Positions 59,201 to 64,000 of a stretch of 64,000 nt of DNA are shown in pieces. Within the stretch, counting starts at the first letter, position 1; the number at the start of each line of letters is the position of its first letter. A program made the position numbers and the translations under genes. A model generated the notes under the pieces. It searched no databases and was not told the origin of the DNA. It was given only the letters and a program-made list of their open reading frames with translations. The stretch lies in the NCBI RefSeq assembly GCF_964204645.1, contig NC_134029.1, positions 3,534,001 through 3,598,000 on the forward strand, given 5' to 3'. The stretch is from Tubulanus polymorphus. Lineage: Eukaryota; Animalia; Nemertea.

Positions 59201-60625
59201 CTTCTACCAAAATATCCTTCTGTTCAGGATCAAGGCTAAAAAACAAAACGTTTTGATACTCATGATATAGAATAGAATACTGTAGTTACACTTTCTGGTT
59301 TAAGGTACTCTAAGTCACACACATTTTGCCCGTCCTGCTGTCTGACATATGCACGATTTGCTGTAGCCTGAGTAGAAGACAGACTTTTCTGGTACGCGGG
59401 ATTTGCATTTTGGTTTTACCTGTATAATTTTGGAATGGCGTGAGCGGCGGTCTTCCGTACGTACGGAGACATATCCATGACGGCTTCCTTGATCGCTAAC
59501 ATCATGATAGGAACGATGACTGGTACACGTATACTGGATAGAACTCTCAGAGCGCTCGCTCTTATCAACTGATTAGGATCCTGAAATCACACACAAAAAT
59601 AAATTGAAAACAAATCTTGAAGCACAAACAGCCTGAATTAGGTACAGTATCAATTTTATGAATTGGGCCCCAGTTAAACTGAACATTTTGAAATCGTTGC
59701 ACGTTCACCTATTTTCATGATATTTCAAATACATTAATTTCACATTTTCCACACAATTTTTACATTTTTCATATCAATCTGACCCCTGCATCGATACCTA
59801 ATTTGCAATATAGACATTGATATCAAGCTCGAATCGTTTCGCTGATTTTCAAGTAACGAATACATACCTTTAGAGCTCTCTGGAATGTACTGATCGATAG
59901 CAATGCCAGGTCCTGTTGTTCTTCAGCATAACGCACTAAATAAACATACACTAACTTCTTCACCTACAGAAACAAAAAGAATTTCATATCAAACAATATT
60001 ACATGAAATCATTGATGTATCATCGACTAATTCTTCTCTCCTACTTCTATATTCTTCGATACAACGTTCTTGACGACAGCTGGGAACAATTCGGAGGCAT
60101 CTCGTCCTTTAGCGATCATCTACAAAAAATCAAAACCAACGAAAGTAATCCAATAATAGTCCAGCAGGAGGATGCCAATGGAATCCATGTATTGTATACA
60201 TACCCCAATGATTCGTTTCATAGCTTCTAGCTTTGAACTGTCCTTGTTACCGTCCAACATAGTTTTCAAATCTTCATGTCTAGACAAAACAAGTTTTATA
60301 GATATTTCATTGGTGCAACCATGAAATCTGGGTAAAGTTTCATGAAAAGAAGATTTAGCTATTTCTTCATTAATTTGGTTTACATTTTGCCCTAAAACGA
60401 TTTAAGAGTTAATCATAAACGCAGAACCAGATAACTAACTATTTTCCGTCGAGATAATTACTTTTTGAAATCATTCATGAAGAAACCACTGCTGGCTGGA
60501 TCGCTAGCAGTATCGGCATCGACGCTTGATGACAGCGCTGAACCGGCCGAGGAAGAACCCGGCCTATCCGAGAGCGGACCGACATTGTAAGATGACTGAA
60601 ACCCGTTACTGTTTACCATAGCCAT
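50280..60625 (-). CDS. AP3B: AP-3 adaptor complex subunit beta, 23 coding exons, ~1117 aa
   Basis: Exons: 60625-60462, 60279-60204, 60119-60045, 59963-59868, 59580-59420, 59235-59169, 58893-58711, 58208-58044, 57776-57679, 57598-57472, 57388-57326, 57008-56876, 56506-56454, 55255-55088, 54660-54408, 53962-53738, 53558-53227, 53074-52990, 52773-52646, 52415-52230, 52155-52113, 51777-51595, 50569-50280 (3354 nt). Motifs include [75 protein letters not shown] and [17 protein letters not shown], an acidic Ser-rich hinge, the clathrin box LLLDLD, and the C-terminus [19 protein letters not shown]. Confidence 0.97.
54204..54341. mobile_element. MITE with 17-bp perfect TIRs and CTG target-site duplication (PIF/Harbinger-like)
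   Basis: CTG|GGGCCAGTTGCATAGTC ... GACTATGCAACTGGCCC|CTG. A decayed copy lies at about 6008-6131. Confidence 0.8.
56182..56196 (-). other. Candidate 15-nt in-frame microexon (FIEFC) in the AP3B intron after coding exon 13
   Basis: The minus strand reads TACTAAC (branch) ...TATAAACAG|TTCATAGAGTTCTGT|GTGAGT. The host intron is phase 0 and there is a TGCATG motif upstream. Confidence 0.45.
56645..56832. repeat. Dispersed TTTCCCTGA-rich repeat (relatives at ~845-1025 and ~54895-54965)
   Basis: Recurrent TTTCCCTGACTTTTCCC units ending in TTCCAGGT...GCCACACTG. Similar motifs occur in two other introns. Confidence 0.55.
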
Positions 60626-61132
60626 TATCTGAGAACCGACAAAATAAAACAGTTTTACTGGAGTTGAGAACTGACCATTAGAACCGCCACAATGAAATTC
60701 TAGATCTGAGAAATTATAACAATTTGAACCGCAATAAAATACCGAGAAATGACAATTAGAAAGTCTATAATTAATTACTGGATCAGAGAAAAATGAATAG
60801 GAACCTTAATTAGCTCGATTGATTATGGCAATGTACCACAATATCATAGATAAAAAACCAAATCCCACAATGGTGGAAGATTGCAAATTGACGGACAGTG
60901 CTTTTGTGTGTAGACTTAGGCGTGGGGGTACATGAAAAAAGGGATGGAACTGACTTCAGAGAGTCAGAGTACCTGGCATGGAATGGTACTGACTGGCTGG
61001 GGAAGAATAGTTTAAGTAGTAGAAGAGAAGAAGCAAGGAGAAGCAAGAAGGGGTTGAACTGAACTGAAGAAGAAGTTCTTCCCCATGTCAAATTTAACTA
61101 ATTCGTTGGGTATTTTTCTGAGCAAGCAAAAC

Positions 61133-61950
61133 CTTATTCAAAGTAAAAATGATCTATATACATCAAATTCCAACGATTCGTTGCAGTCCCGAGACGAAAA
61201 CTATTCTAAAACTGGAATTATTGGAGAAATTTTGACATTTTAGTCCGGTTTCAGTGGGTTGTCGTTTTTACTTCCGCAATGGAGGATATGACACTTCGAT
61301 TGATAAATCACTACTGAATCGACGGATATGAGTCTTGCTAAAAATGTTTTATGTCATCTAAATTGACCATGATTATCATAATTGTCGTACAAAAATTACT
61401 CTCACGTCAATCATTTATTTGTTCTTTGAGTTTAATCAGTTACAATCGTTTGTATGATTATTATTTACTGAATAAAATAAAATTGAATTGTACTTGGTAA
61501 TGGTAACCCATCCGATAAATCACTCGCTAAACTATGCCGAACGATTAGAATATACATTATTTGATGAAATCCACTGCCAGTTTGTAAAAATGATTAAATC
61601 TACATGAAAATATTTTTTTTGGAAAAAATACTGGGTTGTATTTTGTTGCAATCCTTTGATATTTCCATAAAATTGCATAACAAGTTTTGAGTATGATTAT
61701 ACATCAAAATTATCAGAAATTAATTTTCGATAAGTAATTTTGAAATAAGCTAGGTTTTGAGTTGTCTTTGAGATGAAAAATACCATCTCCATCGAAAAAT
61801 GGAAATTTTCTTTTTATAGAAGCGTATCCGAATACGCCCTCGATGACGTCAGTCATATGATTCGATCACTTCCTGATTCTGAAAATATCTGAAAATTTGT
61901 CAAGATTATCGCCGAAATTTCCTCTACAGACCCGCAGGTTGGCCGTTAAA
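61133..61950. promoter_or_regulatory. Putative divergent promoter region of AP3B and SCAMP, including a probable non-coding first exon of AP3B
   Basis: An acceptor lies 3 nt upstream of the AP3B ATG (TTTTGTCGGTTCTCAG|ATAATG) and a possible minus-strand donor AAG|GTTTT at 61133/61132. There are ETS-like ACTTCC motifs at 61270 and 61868 and a full CRE TGACGTCA at 61844-61851. Confidence 0.5.
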
Positions 61951-63605
61951 ATGTCGGATTTCGATAGTAATCCATTCGCTGATCCAGAGGCAGCAAATCC
62001 ATTTGCCGTAAGTGTTATGAGAAACAACAGTCAGTGTGGTGGGAATGTGGGAATCACCACCACACACCGGACCGGGACGATCGAAAAGCCGAAAAGAAAA
62101 GTAACCTCGACCCCCATGAATGGACAAAATGACGGAACCGTAGGAATAATTCCGTAGGCTATTTGGTGTACAGGCATTAAATAAGATATACATTTAAAAT
62201 AGCTATACAATTTTACGGTCATTACGGTTCCATACGAATAATAGTAATTTGGTTGAGAGTTGAAATGTTCGCACTTGTTGATTGAAGAGTAGTCAGTAAC
62301 CTGTCTGTGGTTTAGTTTCACGATCGGATATTTTCACAAACCACAGTCAGGAATGGGAAGGTCATTTTTGTATGAAATCTTCGTCAGCCAATTTGACTGA
62401 CGAGTAATTTGCCTGGCATTTCATTGTCTCTTAAGATATCCATCTAATTTTTGTTGTAATCGACGCACAACAGATTCGTAGTTTGTCTGATACCTATAAC
62501 ACCTCACCTGACGATCTTAATCCATGTGCAAATCGGCCGTAAAGTGAGAGTAAATTTCCGTAGAGTCAACAGCTGCCATTTTGAAAATTACTGGAGGTGC
62601 TGGCACCTGTGGACTGAGGCCAGGACAACAGCACAAACTAACAAAGCGAAACGACGAAATTGAAAAATATTAAGAAATCAACACTTATTCACATTTTTCT
62701 TTTACCAGAATTTATTATTTAAATATTAATTAAGGAAAACACGAAGATTTGAAATATAGGTTGGAAAACCATCAAAAATAAAAATTGTCGTTTCGTCTTG
62801 GAAGTTTTATATAAATCCTTGTAGGTCCCCTTGTCTTATCATGCCACATGTGCAATACAGAGAAATGGCGGCAAATGGCGAAATTTGTGGAGAAATTAAT
62901 TAATTTCTCAAAATAATGTTGATTAATCACTCGAAACATGCATAAAATTGGATTATTTCGAAAGGTACCTGTGTAAGTTTGTGAAATAAGCCATTAATTG
63001 TGGACTGAAGTGGATAGAAAGTATATTTTTGAAGTGTTACTTTTTTCAACCGTGTTTTGGCCCTTGTCATCCCTAACGTTGGTATAAGCCCATCCGATTA
63101 TAAAAGCTTACCACCAACGATTAGGTAACTAACTAATTGAAGAGTTGAGTGTGTATTTGTTAATTTCAAGTTCTGTTAGTTCTGGGGTTAAACACCAGCA
63201 GGGCAGGCAGTGAGATGTGCCGGCTTAGAGTAGTCTCAGTCGTTAGTCAAGTCTGGTCAAACTGACACGCGTAATGTAGATGGACATGTAGTAGAATTGG
63301 GTATATGTTCCTCGCGTTATTCTGATAAGGACCATCGGCATCATGGTACTATAGTAACAGAAGTATTCGAAAGACTGCAGTTCTAGGTCTCTAACTATTA
63401 GAGACACATACTGCAGTTAATGAAGGAAAAACCATGAAAAAACTACCAAAACCCAAATTAACACAGCGCAAATAATAATTCTGATGTGAACTTGTATTTG
63501 TAGGACCCAGCCGTACAGCAAGCAGCGAACGCTCAGAGAACAACCAGAACCAACAGTGGATTAGATGAATTTAACCCATTTGCAGCTGGAAATACAACGC
63601 GTCAG
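61951..63605 (+). CDS. SCAMP: Secretory carrier-associated membrane protein (first two exons; continues beyond right edge)
   Basis: Exon 61951-62007 encodes MSDFDSNPFADPEAANPFA (donor GTAAG). Exon 63504-63605 encodes DPAVQQAANAQRTTRTNSGLDEFNPFAAGNTTRQ (donor GTATG). The three NPF repeats and the MSDFDSNPFADP start are SCAMP1-like. Confidence 0.93.
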
Positions 63606-64000
63606 GTATGTATGAATTCATCTCCTCAGAGCTCGATGAATCCACTCTATTGACTTCACATCGGTCTCAAGTAATCATTCAAATAGAATATATCTAGACA
63701 TTAGCTGAGACCACATGAGTGTTTTTGATCAAAAAACTTGACAAAAAAAGCATTGGACCAGGCTCATGCCGAATGAGTGTCAAATTATTTTGCATGAATT
63801 CTAACTGGTCCTAGTGGTGACTTGTCTCGCTTACCACAGCATTGTGTAGCCTAGTAACGTAGGAGGGATTTATATGCGAATACATTTTCTTATTAGCTAT
63901 GGGCCAAATTTTGACTGGTGTGATCCGCGGGCCTGTTTGCCTTTTGCCAAATCATCCCCATGTGATCGCAGCTATGGGTTATAGAAAGATCCCTGCGATT

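Noticed and set aside
63222-63260. tRNA/SINE-like A-box (GGCTTAGAGTAGTCTCAGTCGTTAG)
   Set aside because: No B-box or cloverleaf follows it.

Overview
This is AT-rich, intron-rich animal genomic DNA from an invertebrate bilaterian. The miR-9/miR-79 hairpin and exon density are compatible with a lophotrochozoan, but the species cannot be fixed from sequence. The ORF track is mostly uninformative because the genes are spliced, so exons were reconstructed by hand. Left to right the window holds: (1) the 5' half of histidyl-tRNA synthetase (HARS, minus, truncated by the left edge); (2) a complete 14-exon CCDC22 (plus), head-to-head with HARS; (3) a complete 7-exon proteolipid/M6 (PLP/DM20/GPM6) gene (minus) with a probable ~6.7 kb 3' UTR; (4) a ~20 kb stretch with no recognisable protein gene that holds a single miR-9/miR-79 hairpin; (5) a complete AP-3 beta subunit gene (minus, 23 coding exons); and (6) the first two exons of SCAMP (plus), head-to-head with AP3B. 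Several short MITE-like families and an (AT)n microsatellite are scattered throughout. The most interesting observation is a 181-nt cassette exon in HARS intron 1 that stops the cytosolic WHEP reading frame with three tandem stop codons and then opens a new ATG encoding a mitochondrial-presequence-like peptide. Also notable are a U12-type intron in HARS, a candidate 15-nt microexon in AP3B, seed sites for both arms of the local miR-9/79 hairpin in the neighbouring M6 3' UTR, and apparently ancient miR-9/AP3B/SCAMP linkage.
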